A stretch of DNA of 64,000 nucleotides from an uncultured Defluviitaleaceae bacterium (GTDB lineage: Bacteria > Bacillota > Clostridia > Lachnospirales > WRBF01). Every line of letters starts with the position of its first letter. Within the stretch, counting starts at the first letter, position 1. The notes under the pieces were generated by a model. The model saw only the letters and a program-made list of their open reading frames with translations. It ran no database searches and had not been told where the DNA came from. Shown here in pieces: positions 48,677-58,929 of the stretch. The translations under genes were made by a program, and so were the position numbers. The stretch covers positions 8,520 to 72,519 of the forward strand of contig CAYXWM010000005.1 in assembly GCA_964468805.1 (NCBI GenBank). Reading direction: 5' to 3'.

Positions 48677-49846
48677 TTATGAAATCTGCAATATTTCTAT
48701 ATTTTTTATTGCAGTTTCAACCAGTTCATCAATATCCTCCAGCTGACTGTGAATACTTTGAATTATTGAAGCCTTTGGTTTGGTTTCCGGGTGTTTCGGA
48801 ATAAAGTTGGTACAGCAATCCTCATACGGTCTTATTGAAATTTCATATGTATCGATAGATTTTGCTATGTTTACTATTTCCAATTTATCCAATCCGCAGA
48901 GGGGTCTCATGACCGGAATGGTTACTGCTGTATCTATGGCATAAATTCCCGGAACTGTCTGACTTGCAACCTGCCCTATGGAGTCACCGGTAATCAGGCA
49001 TTGGCAATTTTCCTTTTCGGCTATCTTTTCAGCTATAGTTAGCATAACTCTCTTTTGCAAAATTACATACTTTTCCGGCGGAACGCTTTTGTTTAAATAG
49101 AGCTGTATGTCCGTAAAAGGAACTATACTAAGGGAAATATTTCCCGTAAACGCGGAAAGTCGTTTAGCCAAATCTATTGCCTTTTCTTTGGCACGCTCCG
49201 ATGTATAGGGCGGTGAATGAAAATAAACAGCCGAAACGGCAACCCCGCGTTTTGCCATAAGATAACCGGCAACAGGACTGTCCAATCCTCCGGATAACAA
49301 CAATAACCCCTTACCGCTGCATCCCTCAGGTAAGCCTCCGGGTCCTTTAAAACTTTCCGTATATATGTAGGCATTGTTTCGCAATTCCACTTGCAGCAAT
49401 AAAGTTGGGTTATGTAAATCCACCTTGCCGTTATCAACCCCGTGGATTATGTATCCTCCAACCAAAGCCGAAACTTCATTAGAAGTCAAGGGATAGCGTT
49501 TGTCTGCACGCCGAGTTTCCACTCTTATAGTAAAGGGCGAATTACCCAATTGTTTTTTTACCAGATCCAATGCAACAACTTGCAAATTAGATATATTTAA
49601 ATCTTCAGTCATTATGCAAGGGCAAATTCCCACTATACCCAAAACCGTCTGCAACTTTGGGACAACCCGGTCATAATCAAATTTTTCATTGTAGCACTCG
49701 ATTAATAATCTGCCCTGCTCTCTGGTTACCTTATAACCGTCACCTATCTTTGTTAAAATCCTGTCCATCAGTCTGCGTTCAAAAAGATGACGATTTTTTC
49801 CACGCAATGCAATTTCTCCGTACTTCACCAATAATACTTCTTTCAA
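48677..49846 (-). CDS. thiI: tRNA 4-thiouridine synthase / sulfurtransferase ThiI
   Basis: THUMP-type N-terminus and PP-loop LSGGLDSPVA are present. The TTG start is preceded by AAGGAG at 7 nt. Confidence 0.9.
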   Translation of the reverse strand: MKEVLLVKYGEIALRGKNRHLFERRLMDRILTKIGDGYKVTREQGRLLIECYNEKFDYDRVVPKLQTVLGIVGICPCIMTEDLNISNLQVVALDLVKKQLGNSPFTIRVETRRADKRYPLTSNEVSALVGGYIIHGVDNGKVDLHNPTLLLQVELRNNAYIYTESFKGPGGLPEGCSGKGLLLLSGGLDSPVAGYLMAKRGVAVSAVYFHSPPYTSERAKEKAIDLAKRLSAFTGNISLSIVPFTDIQLYLNKSVPPEKYVILQKRVMLTIAEKIAEKENCQCLITGDSIGQVASQTVPGIYAIDTAVTIPVMRPLCGLDKLEIVNIAKSIDTYEISIRPYEDCCTNFIPKHPETKPKASIIQSIHSQLEDIDELVETAIKNIEILQIS

Positions 49847-49865
49847 AATTCCGTCTCCTTCTGTA

Positions 49866-49910
49866 TATGATTGTTCTATATATGATTACTCTATATTTAA
49901 TTGCTCTATA
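49866..49910 (-). repeat. 3 x 15-nt contiguous direct repeat in the thiI 5' UTR
   Basis: The minus-strand units are TATAGAGCAATTAAA / TATAGAGTAATCATA / TATAGAACAATCATA. They lie between the predicted -10 (49931-49936) and the RBS (49855-49860). Confidence 0.75.
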
Positions 49911-49930
49911 TCCGATACGGTAAGTATAAT

Positions 49931-49959
49931 ACTATACCCAAAAACTAAGATTCTGTCAA
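49931..49959 (-). promoter_or_regulatory. Sigma-A-type promoter for thiI
   Basis: The elements are TTGACA, a 17-nt spacer, and TATAGT on the minus strand. Confidence 0.55.
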
Positions 49960-50502
49960 TCCGAATGAAATAAGGATGTTTTTCGGATGCCTGTGTGATT
50001 AAATAGATTAAACTTAATCTTAGGAATGTATTATTAATACAATTCCATTGAATCTCACAGAGGCTCATTGTTTTGAGGTACGCAGTAATTATTTATGTAC
50101 ATTATAGACTCTTTTATCTTATTTGATATGGAAATTTTTGAACGGAAGAACTACACATAAATATGGAGTAGAAGATATTTTGCAAATGCAAATAGTTTTG
50201 GAATAGGATAACGATTTAGCAATCCGGAAAGTTATATTTTTATAATTATTCACAAAAGATTACTTTAACGAATAGTATTATAAGGTTTTTTACTAATAAA
50301 ACACTGTATTTATAGGCTTTTTTATAATGTTATCAAAATACAGGAAAATACACCTAACCGGGTAAATTAGTCTTCTGTTTTACACAAATAATTCTGATCC
50401 AACTTATATCTAAATTGTTTCGGCAACTATATTTACATAATAATATTATGGTTAACTAACGGAGGATTATATTCAAGAACTTAATTTTTAATATTCTAAT
50501 TT

Positions 50503-50523
50503 AAAAAGGCCGCATTGGCGGCC
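50503..50523 (-). terminator. Intrinsic terminator about 155 nt downstream of sod
   Basis: On the minus strand GGCCGC-CAAT-GCGGCC is followed by T5. Confidence 0.7.
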
Positions 50524-50677
50524 CGGAATTTATTTTTCGCTATTAGCCCTTTCGGGTTGTATCAAACCACCGTAATCTCGGTAGTTGTTTAAACTTAATC
50601 TACCTTGTAAAAATACAAGGCGAAAACCTTTGCAAATCAATTATTTAGGTTCCACTTTTTCAGCAATTATTCTGTTA

Positions 50678-51313
50678 CTACTCTGCTGCATAGCAAGCAT
50701 TATAATTTTCAAGTGCTTTATCAAAGTCCACGACGTTGAACCAATCATCTATATAATCCGCACGTTTGTTGTAATGCTTTAGATAATAAGCATGTTCCCA
50801 AACGTCTATGGTCATTACGGGACAAGCATCCAGGGTTAAGGGAGTGTCTTGGTTGGCGGTAGTTATTATTCTTAATTGATTATCCTTATCTACAACAAGC
50901 CAAGCATAACCTGAACCGAAAACGGCCAAGGCTTGTTTCTTGAAGGCTTCCTTGAAATTTTCAAAATTTCCGAACACGGAATTTATGACATCGGCCAGAG
51001 CACCCGTAGGTTGGGAAGCTTTGTTTGGAGACAGGTTATTAAAATAAAAATTATGATTATAAACGCCTCCGGCATTGTTTTTGACCTTTGTCCGAATCTC
51101 GTCCGGCAACCAGTTGGAATGGCGTATGAGTTTTTCCAAAGTCCAGCTTTGGTATTCGGGATAACCCGACAGAGCTGCGTTAAGATTGTCCACATAAGTT
51201 TGAAGATGGCGGTCGTGGTGGATTTGCATGGTTTTTGTATCTATATACGGCTCCAACGCCGAGTAATCATATGGCAATGGCATTAACTCAAATTTGTACA
51301 TATCGTAACTCAT
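50678..51313 (-). CDS. sod: Fe/Mn superoxide dismutase
   Basis: HHDRHLQTYV and DVWEHAYYL metal-ligand motifs are present. Confidence 0.9.
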   Translation of the reverse strand: MSYDMYKFELMPLPYDYSALEPYIDTKTMQIHHDRHLQTYVDNLNAALSGYPEYQSWTLEKLIRHSNWLPDEIRTKVKNNAGGVYNHNFYFNNLSPNKASQPTGALADVINSVFGNFENFKEAFKKQALAVFGSGYAWLVVDKDNQLRIITTANQDTPLTLDACPVMTIDVWEHAYYLKHYNKRADYIDDWFNVVDFDKALENYNACYAAE

Positions 51314-51533
51314 CGCTTTTCACTCCTATAACTCTTTCTATATTATATTAATTGACAGTAAAATAATTGCAAACTCCGGTAAAAAAAGTAAGATAAAGTT
51401 GATGGTTTTATTATACCGTAAAAGAAGTAAAATTATTAAGGTTTTATTGCAGTTACCGGAAAATGTAAAGTAATATATTGGTTATGACGATATACATTTA
51501 AGTGTACGAAGATTAGTAAAAGAGGTGAGTTAG

Positions 51534-52202
51534 ATGGAAGTAAACAATATTAACAATACCGTGCAAACCGGCGGCACCGTTTCAGCCAACAATACCACAG
51601 CTGCGGACAAAAGTACCACTCAAGCACAAACCCAACAAAATACCGGAACAACCGGTACAATAAAGAACAATGCGGCTGTATATGAGTCCGGGGAAACCAA
51701 AAAGCCAAAAGATAATTATCCCGTGGACAGAAAAGAAGTTGAACGGCTAATTAAAGAAAGCGAAAATCAAGCATCGTCCTTCAGAAGATTACTGGAAGGA
51801 TTGCTTCAAAAACAAGCAAAGCGAAATGCAGTGGCCTCCGGTAGGGACGCCGCAGTTGAATACGATGACCTTCTCAACAAAGTATATAACGGTAAAGACG
51901 TTATGGTAGAAATCGACGAGGAAACTCGTTTACAAGCCAAAAAGGATATTGCTGAGGACGGTTATTACGGAGTTAAAAAGACCTCCGAGCGAATTTTGGG
52001 ATTTGCCAAAGCTATCTCCGGTGGTGACCCAAAAAAAATCGAGACTTTGCGTAATGCTGTAGAAAAGGGATTTAAAGAAGTAGAAGATATGTGGGGCGGT
52101 AAAGACAAATTGCCAAAGATCAGTTACGATACTTATGATGCTGTTATGAAGGGCTTCGATGAATGGGAAAATGCAAGTAAGCCTACCGAGCCTATTAGAT
52201 AG
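51534..52202 (+). CDS. Hypothetical protein (Thr/Gln/Asn-rich N-terminus, helical C-terminal domain)
   Basis: GAGGTGA lies upstream of the ATG. The codon usage looks coding. I do not confidently recognise any family. Confidence 0.5.
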   Translation: MEVNNINNTVQTGGTVSANNTTAADKSTTQAQTQQNTGTTGTIKNNAAVYESGETKKPKDNYPVDRKEVERLIKESENQASSFRRLLEGLLQKQAKRNAVASGRDAAVEYDDLLNKVYNGKDVMVEIDEETRLQAKKDIAEDGYYGVKKTSERILGFAKAISGGDPKKIETLRNAVEKGFKEVEDMWGGKDKLPKISYDTYDAVMKGFDEWENASKPTEPIR

Positions 52203-52293
52203 TCTGTGCAAAAATTTTTAAGGGACACTTTTTAGAAAGTGTCCCTTAAATTTTAAAGATATATTTAACTAAAAATAACGAAACAAAGTCTCG

Positions 52294-52746
52294 TTATTCC
52301 TCAAAAGTATTCAGTACTCTCCACATTATTATAGCATCTTCTTTAGTATCCGAATAGTAATTCTTTCTTAACCCTTCTACTTTAAAGTCGTGTTTTGTAT
52401 AAAGCCGAATTGCGGCTTGATTGTTTACACGTACTTCCAGGGTTATTCCTATCATTTCTTTTTCTAAGCCTATTTTGATTAGTTCCTGAAGGATTGCTGT
52501 ACCTACGCCTTTTTTGCGATATTCTTCTGAGACAGCTATGTTAGTAATATGCCCTTCGGTTACAACATGCCACATACCGCCGTATCCCACTACTTTATCA
52601 TTATCCACAGCAACCACATATATAGCCAATTTATTCGTTGTTACTTCTTTAATTAAGTCGTCTTTTGTCCATGGTATGGAAAATGAGTCCAGCTCTATAT
52701 TATAGACCTCTTCAATATGGCTTTCGTCCATGGGCAGAATTTTCAT
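52294..52746 (-). CDS. rimI: Ribosomal-protein-alanine N-acetyltransferase
   Basis: The GNAT core YRKKGVGTAIL is present. It is in the tsaE-tsaB-rimI arrangement. Confidence 0.85.
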   Translation of the reverse strand: MKILPMDESHIEEVYNIELDSFSIPWTKDDLIKEVTTNKLAIYVVAVDNDKVVGYGGMWHVVTEGHITNIAVSEEYRKKGVGTAILQELIKIGLEKEMIGITLEVRVNNQAAIRLYTKHDFKVEGLRKNYYSDTKEDAIIMWRVLNTFEE

Positions 52747-53438
52747 AAGGACTCCCTTTCGCTTTCTTGTAATAAGCGTTCCGCTTGAGACAATCTCAAA
52801 TAGAAGGGCTTAAAATCATGATAGCTTACAGCTTTATCTGTCATTTTCAAAGCCAATGAAGCTACGCTTGCCGCACGTTGCATGTTCATATGATTTGGAG
52901 CAACTTTAAACCCGTATTCCTCCAACACCGATTTGTATGGAAAAATTGCATCACCCAAAAACACAGCCGGTTTATTGTATGCTTTAACCATTTCTGCCAA
53001 CTTTACAATATCCTCTGCCAAATAATCGGTCAGGCGAACTTGCTCTCCGTTTTCATAGCTGTAAATTGCTGTATATACTTGATTACGTCTTGCATCCATT
53101 ATGGGTATAACCAATCCCTCTGTCAAACAAAGGTTGTAAGCAAGGGCATCCAAGGTAGGTACCGGGATAATTTGTTTACCGCATCCGTGTGCCAGACCTT
53201 TTGCGGTAGCACAACCTATTCTTAGTCCCGTAAAAGACCCGGGACCGCTTGCGACAGCTATATAATCCACTTCGTCCAAGCCGGTTTCAACGCTTTTCAA
53301 CAAGCTTTCAATTAGTGGCATTAATGTAACGGAGTGATTCTGTTTGAAATTGGTTGAAAATTCGGCAATGGTAAGGTTATCGTCCAATAGAGCCACTCCG
53401 GCTACGGAACCTGTTGTATCAACGGCTAATATTTTCAA
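52743..53438 (-). CDS. tsaB: tRNA t6A37 threonylcarbamoyl-transfer protein TsaB
   Basis: MKILAVDTTG...GPGSFTGLRIG is present. Confidence 0.85.
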   Translation of the reverse strand: MKILAVDTTGSVAGVALLDDNLTIAEFSTNFKQNHSVTLMPLIESLLKSVETGLDEVDYIAVASGPGSFTGLRIGCATAKGLAHGCGKQIIPVPTLDALAYNLCLTEGLVIPIMDARRNQVYTAIYSYENGEQVRLTDYLAEDIVKLAEMVKAYNKPAVFLGDAIFPYKSVLEEYGFKVAPNHMNMQRAASVASLALKMTDKAVSYHDFKPFYLRLSQAERLLQESERESL

Positions 53439-53859
53439 CGTTCTTTACCTCTATTCTACGATAGTCCTCGCCTTTTGACAGGTCTTTGGAAATATAGATG
53501 CAAATGGCATGATCCGGGATAACTTCTTGTATCAATTCTGCCCATTCGATTACTGCTATGGAATCGGAGCGAATTATTTCGAAATATCCGGTTTCCTCAA
53601 GTTCGTCTACCGAATTAATTCTGTAAACATCAAAATGATAAAAGGAAAGGTTATCCCTATAATATTCGTTAACTATGGTAAAGGTTGGGCTGACTATCAT
53701 TTGCTCTATGCCCAAGCCGGCGGCAAAACCCTTTACAAACGCGGTTTTACCGCTGCCCAAGTCACCGTAAAGGCAAAAAATGCTGCCTTTTTTTGCGACA
53801 CGACCCATTTCAAAGGCAATACTATAGGTATTTTCGGGAGAGTGACTATCGTAATTCAT
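53419..53859 (-). CDS. tsaE: tRNA t6A37 ATPase TsaE
   Basis: The P-loop GDLGSGKT and SPTFTIVNEY are present. Confidence 0.85.
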   Translation of the reverse strand: MNYDSHSPENTYSIAFEMGRVAKKGSIFCLYGDLGSGKTAFVKGFAAGLGIEQMIVSPTFTIVNEYYRDNLSFYHFDVYRINSVDELEETGYFEIIRSDSIAVIEWAELIQEVIPDHAICIYISKDLSKGEDYRRIEVKNVENISR

Positions 53860-53977
53860 ATTAACCTCTTGTTAAGAATGAAATTTTTAAACACAAAGAT
53901 TTAGGAAACTATTTTCCGGAGAAGAAGTTTCCTTAAAATCACTAAAAAAACTATTTATAATTTATTATATAATGTTT

Positions 53978-54703
53978 TTATGACAATTCATAGTTCTTTA
54001 TAATTTCATCAAGTTTTAATGCATTGGTATAAAGTGCTTTTCCCACTATGGCACCGTGGACTTTTATAGTCTTTAAAGCATCCAGATCAGCGGTTGAAGA
54101 AACTCCGCCGGAGGCTATAATATTTGTCTTGTCTCCGATTGCCTTGACAAGTTCTTCTGTGGCTTCCACATTAGGTCCGCTCATCATACCGTCTTTGGAA
54201 ATATCGGTGTAAATTATGGTTTTTATACCCATTGCGGACATTTCTTTGCAAATGTCCAAGGCTGAACAACTGCTGGTTTCTTCCCAGCCGGAAATAGCAA
54301 CTTTTCCGTTTACGGCATCAACACCCACGGCAATTTTATCACCGAATTTTTCAACAGCTTCCTTAACCGTTTCGGGAGATTTAATTGCGGTTGTTCCCAA
54401 GATAACTCGGCTTACACCCAAGTTCAGCATACGTTCTATATCCTGCATGGTGCGTATGCCGCCGCCAACTTGTATGGGAACGGAGACGGACTTTAATATT
54501 TCTTCTATAGTAGAAATATTATGACCGCAGCCTTTTCTTGCTCCGTCCAAATCCACTATATGTATGAACGTTGCACCCATTCTTTCCCAGTCGGCCGCTA
54601 CTTTTGCCGGGTTGTCTCCGTATACGGTTTTTGCATCGAATTTGCCTTGAACAAGCCTAACGCATTTTCCGTCTATAATATCAATTGCAGGATAAATCTG
54701 CAT
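53978..54703 (-). CDS. hisA: ProFAR isomerase HisA
   Basis: MQIYPAIDIIDGKCVRL and VDLDGA are present. Confidence 0.9.
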   Translation of the reverse strand: MQIYPAIDIIDGKCVRLVQGKFDAKTVYGDNPAKVAADWERMGATFIHIVDLDGARKGCGHNISTIEEILKSVSVPIQVGGGIRTMQDIERMLNLGVSRVILGTTAIKSPETVKEAVEKFGDKIAVGVDAVNGKVAISGWEETSSCSALDICKEMSAMGIKTIIYTDISKDGMMSGPNVEATEELVKAIGDKTNIIASGGVSSTADLDALKTIKVHGAIVGKALYTNALKLDEIIKNYELS

Positions 54704-55313
54704 GACCTATTCCTCCGAAATTATCCAGTATTTTTAATCCGATTTTACCGCTTTTCTCGGGATGAAATTGACAGGCAAAAATATTGTTTTTCTCAACGGC
54801 TACCTGTATATTATTGCCATAAAAAGTGGTTGCGGTAACTATGGGTGCCGAAGTTTTTAAAAAATAAGAATGCACAAAATAGGTATAGGACGGCTGGGGC
54901 AGACCTTTAAACAAAACGGATTCATTAACGAAATCCAAGGAGTTCCAACCTATATGCGGAATTTTTTCATTGGGTGCGACTTCTTTTAAGCTGCGAATTT
55001 CCCCGGGCAAAATTCCCAGACCTTCGTATTCGCCGTTTTCAAAACTAACGTCAAAGAGCAACTGCATTCCCAGACAGATTCCCAAAAAAGGCTTGTCCCG
55101 TTCCAAGGCTTCTTTTATAGCCTTGTCAAGTTCTATAGCTCTTATTACCTCTATGGCATCGGCAAAGGCACCCACGCCCGGTAAGACCAATTTCTCTGAG
55201 GAGAGTATTTCTTTGGCAGAGGTAATAATTTCCGCCTTGTATCCCAAAAACTCAAAGGCCTTTTGCACGGAACGTAAATTTCCCATACCGTAATCTATTA
55301 TTCCTACAGACAT
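54681..55313 (-). CDS. hisH: Imidazole glycerol phosphate synthase glutaminase subunit HisH
   Basis: LPGVGAF, the catalytic GICLGMQLL, and HSY are present. Confidence 0.9.
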   Translation of the reverse strand: MSVGIIDYGMGNLRSVQKAFEFLGYKAEIITSAKEILSSEKLVLPGVGAFADAIEVIRAIELDKAIKEALERDKPFLGICLGMQLLFDVSFENGEYEGLGILPGEIRSLKEVAPNEKIPHIGWNSLDFVNESVLFKGLPQPSYTYFVHSYFLKTSAPIVTATTFYGNNIQVAVEKNNIFACQFHPEKSGKIGLKILDNFGGIGHADLSCN

Positions 55314-55909
55314 TATTCCAACATTCCTTTTGTAGATAGTACCCCGGTTATCCTAGGGTCTATGGTGCAAGCTTGGGACAGAGAATGTCCAAAGGCTTTG
55401 AATATGGACTCGGCAATATGGTGATTGTTTGAACCGTAACTTGTAAAGATATGTATGGTCAGTCCGGCGTGTACACTTATAGCCCTGAAAAATTCCTCTA
55501 TCATCTCCGTATCCAACTCGCCTATACGAGGCACGGAAAATTTAACGTCAAAATTTAGAAAGGGACGTCCCGAAATATCCAAAACACAGGTGGAAAGTGC
55601 TTCGTCTATGGGAATTGAGGCGTTTCCGTAGCGTTTTATGCCTGCCTTATCGCCCAAAGCCTTTGCTATAGCCTTTCCCAAAACTATACCCACGTCTTCA
55701 ACGGTATGATGAGTGTCTACATACAAATCGCCTTTTACTTCCAAATCCAAGTCAAAGAAGCCGTGTTTTGCAAACAAGACCAGCATATGATTAAAAAATC
55801 CTATGCCTGTTTCGACTTTGCTTTTTCCTGTACCGTCAATATTCAAATCCAGCTTTATTTTGGTTTCTTCAGTATTTCTTTCAAAAAAGGCACTGCGGCT
55901 TATGGTCAT
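55313..55909 (-). CDS. hisB: Imidazoleglycerol-phosphate dehydratase
   Basis: GIGFFNHML and DTHHTVEDVGI are present. Confidence 0.9.
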   Translation of the reverse strand: MTISRSAFFERNTEETKIKLDLNIDGTGKSKVETGIGFFNHMLVLFAKHGFFDLDLEVKGDLYVDTHHTVEDVGIVLGKAIAKALGDKAGIKRYGNASIPIDEALSTCVLDISGRPFLNFDVKFSVPRIGELDTEMIEEFFRAISVHAGLTIHIFTSYGSNNHHIAESIFKAFGHSLSQACTIDPRITGVLSTKGMLE

Positions 55910-55912
55910 AGG

Positions 55913-56971
55913 TTACAGCTCCCGGAAAATTTTTAATATTTCTTCGTTTTGTTCTGCCGTTCCCACCGTAATTCTTAAGGTTTCCGAATACTCTTGAGTT
56001 TTGGGGAATCTTCTTATAAGTATACCCTTTTCCTCTAAAATATGAGAAACTTCTTTCTCGGATTTTATAAATAAAAAGTTTGCCTTTGAGGGATATACTT
56101 TTAACCAAGAAATTTCCTTTAAGTTTTCAAATAATATATCTCTCTGCTTATTCAGATAATCTATGCGGTGTCTATATTCTTTGTTGTCCTTTAAGGCAAG
56201 GATTGCGATTTTTTCCGAAAAAGAGGGTAGGTTATATGGGGTTTTAACTATATTTACAGCATTTATTATATTTTTTCCGCCTACCCCGTAACCCACACGT
56301 ATTCCGGCAAGGCTGTAAGCCTTTGAAAAGGTTCGCAGGACTATGAGGTTTTCGTAATTATTTACCAAGGGAATTAAGCTAAAATCAGAAAATTCACCGT
56401 ATGCCTCGTCCAAAACCACCGTACAATCCACATTATGGAGAATTTCCATAATGGCATCCCGAGAAATTTCCGTGCCTGTTGGGTTATTGGGATTGCATAG
56501 GAAAAGAATTTTTGCATTGTTTTGCTTAACCGTATCTATTAATTCCCTTGGATTAATATTATAATCACAGTCCACCTTGACTATTTTCGCTCGGTTAATA
56601 ATTCCCGTCAAGGCATACATGGAAAAAGTAGGCGTAGGTATTACTATTATGTCATCGTTTTCTATAAATACCTTCGTAATAAAATCAATTACTTGGTCAG
56701 AGCCTACACCGCAAATAAAATTTTCTGCAGAAAGACCCCAAAATTCTGCAAGAGACTCACGTAATTGGGTACTGTCCGAATCGGGATAGATATTAAAGGA
56801 TGACTCCTTTTCTAACCAGTTCAACATTTCCTTCTTTACAAAATCCGTAACGTTATAAGGACTTTCATTTGCATTTAATTTATATTTACAAGGCATAAAC
56901 TGCTCATTGTAAGGTTCAAAACCCAGCAAATCCTTGCGTATTAAATCTTTTACCGACCTCAATGCTATCAC
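55913..56971 (-). CDS. hisC: Histidinol-phosphate aminotransferase
   Basis: It has a class-II aminotransferase fold with the PLP lysine region RTFSKAYSLAG. Confidence 0.9.
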   Translation of the reverse strand: MIALRSVKDLIRKDLLGFEPYNEQFMPCKYKLNANESPYNVTDFVKKEMLNWLEKESSFNIYPDSDSTQLRESLAEFWGLSAENFICGVGSDQVIDFITKVFIENDDIIVIPTPTFSMYALTGIINRAKIVKVDCDYNINPRELIDTVKQNNAKILFLCNPNNPTGTEISRDAIMEILHNVDCTVVLDEAYGEFSDFSLIPLVNNYENLIVLRTFSKAYSLAGIRVGYGVGGKNIINAVNIVKTPYNLPSFSEKIAILALKDNKEYRHRIDYLNKQRDILFENLKEISWLKVYPSKANFLFIKSEKEVSHILEEKGILIRRFPKTQEYSETLRITVGTAEQNEEILKIFREL

Positions 56972-57019
56972 CTCTTAAATTATAACCGGAATAGATTACA
57001 TAATATATTTATGGTAAAC

Positions 57020-58300
57020 TTATTCCGTTCTGATTCGCACGGCATTTGCATGAGCGGTTAAGCCCTCAGCGTTTGCAAAATCTATAACATCAGCCGCAAG
57101 AGCCTGCAAGGCTTGTTTGTTAAAGGAAATAACGGAGGTTTTCTTTACAAAGTCGTCTAAGCCCAAGGCGGAAAAGAATCTTGCCGTTCCGGATGTGGGT
57201 AAAACGTGATTTGGCCCTGCCATGTAATCGCCCAGCGGTTCGGGAGTGTAATGTCCCAAAAATACTGCACCGGCATTTTTAATCATAGGAAGCAGGTCAA
57301 AAGGTGCTTGAGTGCAAATTTCCAGGTGTTCCGGGGCTATTTTGTTTGCGGCTTCAACAGCTTCTTCTATATTGTTTACCAATAAAATTAAACCGAAATT
57401 ACGCAGAGATTGCTCGATAATTTCTTTCCGTTCCAGCTTGGCTGTCTGATTGATTAATTCCTGTTTTACAGCTAAAGCCAGTTTTTTGTCAGGGGTTATC
57501 AATATGGAACTGGCTTGAGGATCATGCTCTGCTTGAGAAAGCATATCCGCCGCCACAAACCCGGGATTTGCAGTTTCATCAGCTATAATGGTAATTTCGC
57601 TTGGTCCCGCAACGGAGTCTATGCTTACCTGACCGAAAACTGCTTGTTTTGCCAAAGCAACATAAATATTTCCCGGGCCTACGATTTTATCTACCTTGGG
57701 TACCGATTCCGTGCCGTATGCCAAAGCCGCAATCGCTTGGGCTCCGCCTACTTTATAGATTTCCGTAATACCCAGTACTGATGCCGTTGCCAAGGTATAG
57801 GGATTTATTTTACCTTCCGAATTTGCCGGGGTAGTCATTATAATTCTGGATACCCCTGCAATTTGGGCAGGCACTGCATTCATAAGCACTGTTGAAGGAT
57901 ATGCCGCCTTACCGCCCGGCACATAAAGCCCCACGTTTTCCATGGGTAATATCAATTGTCCCAAAATTTCGCCTTGGTTTTTAACGTCAATCCAGGAGTT
58001 GTTTTTTTGTTGCTCGTGGAATTGACGTATGCGTTGAGAGGCTCGTTTTATTATTTCGATTTCACGGGCTGAAACTTGTTTTAAAGCCTCTTCTGTTTCT
58101 TCCGGCGTTACTTTTATATTGGAAGCGTCTATGGCGAAGCCGTCAAAACGTTGCGTATATTCGAACAAGGCTTGGTCTTTACGTGTTTTTACGTCATTGA
58201 CTATAGCCTTAACCTCTTGAAATGTAGTTTCGTTTGTTTCAGCGGAACGTTGTTTTATTTTTGCTAAGTCCTGTTCATTGTATTGGGTTGTATCAATCAT
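57020..58300 (-). CDS. hisD: Histidinol dehydrogenase
   Basis: IVGPGNIYV and [13 protein letters not shown] are present. Confidence 0.9.
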   Translation of the reverse strand: MIDTTQYNEQDLAKIKQRSAETNETTFQEVKAIVNDVKTRKDQALFEYTQRFDGFAIDASNIKVTPEETEEALKQVSAREIEIIKRASQRIRQFHEQQKNNSWIDVKNQGEILGQLILPMENVGLYVPGGKAAYPSTVLMNAVPAQIAGVSRIIMTTPANSEGKINPYTLATASVLGITEIYKVGGAQAIAALAYGTESVPKVDKIVGPGNIYVALAKQAVFGQVSIDSVAGPSEITIIADETANPGFVAADMLSQAEHDPQASSILITPDKKLALAVKQELINQTAKLERKEIIEQSLRNFGLILLVNNIEEAVEAANKIAPEHLEICTQAPFDLLPMIKNAGAVFLGHYTPEPLGDYMAGPNHVLPTSGTARFFSALGLDDFVKKTSVISFNKQALQALAADVIDFANAEGLTAHANAVRIRTE

Positions 58301-58928
58301 TGGATTTCTCCATTTCTGCTTTAAGATTTCGAATGATTTTGGAAATTTGCTCGTGTTTTAATTTCATGCTGACCCGGTTAACCACCAATCGAGCGGAAAT
58401 TTGGCAAATTTCTTCCAATACCACCAAGCCGTTTTCTTTTAGGGTAACGCCGGATTCCACTATATCCACGATTACATCCGCCAAGCCTACCATGGGAGCC
58501 AATTCCACAGAGCCGTTTAATTTAATAATTTCAACAGTCTGCTTCTTTTGTTGGAAAAAATAATCCGAGGCGATGTTTGGGTATTTTGTAGCTACACGGA
58601 GGTTGTGTTGGTTGGTATTGGTTTCCGGCATACCTGCCACAACCATTCTGCATTTGCCTATGCCCAAATCTACCAATTCGCATAAATTTCGGCGTTCCTC
58701 AAGCAAGGTATCCTTACCTACTATTCCTATATCAGCCGCACCGTATTCCACAAAAGTAGGAACATCGCTGGCTTTGGGTAAGAAGAATTTGTAACCCTCA
58801 TCGTGATTGGCAAAAATCAACTTTCTTGAACCGTCTTCATATAGGCATTTGACCCCTATGTTTGCCAAGATAGCCATTGAATCCTTGGCCAAGCGGCCTT
58901 TTGCCAGTGCAAAAGTTAAATAATTCAA
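58293..58928 (-). CDS. hisG: ATP phosphoribosyltransferase, short form
   Basis: It is 211 aa (HisZ-dependent short form) with [10 protein letters not shown] and [14 protein letters not shown]. Confidence 0.9.
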   Translation of the reverse strand: MNYLTFALAKGRLAKDSMAILANIGVKCLYEDGSRKLIFANHDEGYKFFLPKASDVPTFVEYGAADIGIVGKDTLLEERRNLCELVDLGIGKCRMVVAGMPETNTNQHNLRVATKYPNIASDYFFQQKKQTVEIIKLNGSVELAPMVGLADVIVDIVESGVTLKENGLVVLEEICQISARLVVNRVSMKLKHEQISKIIRNLKAEMEKSND

Positions 58929-58929
58929 G

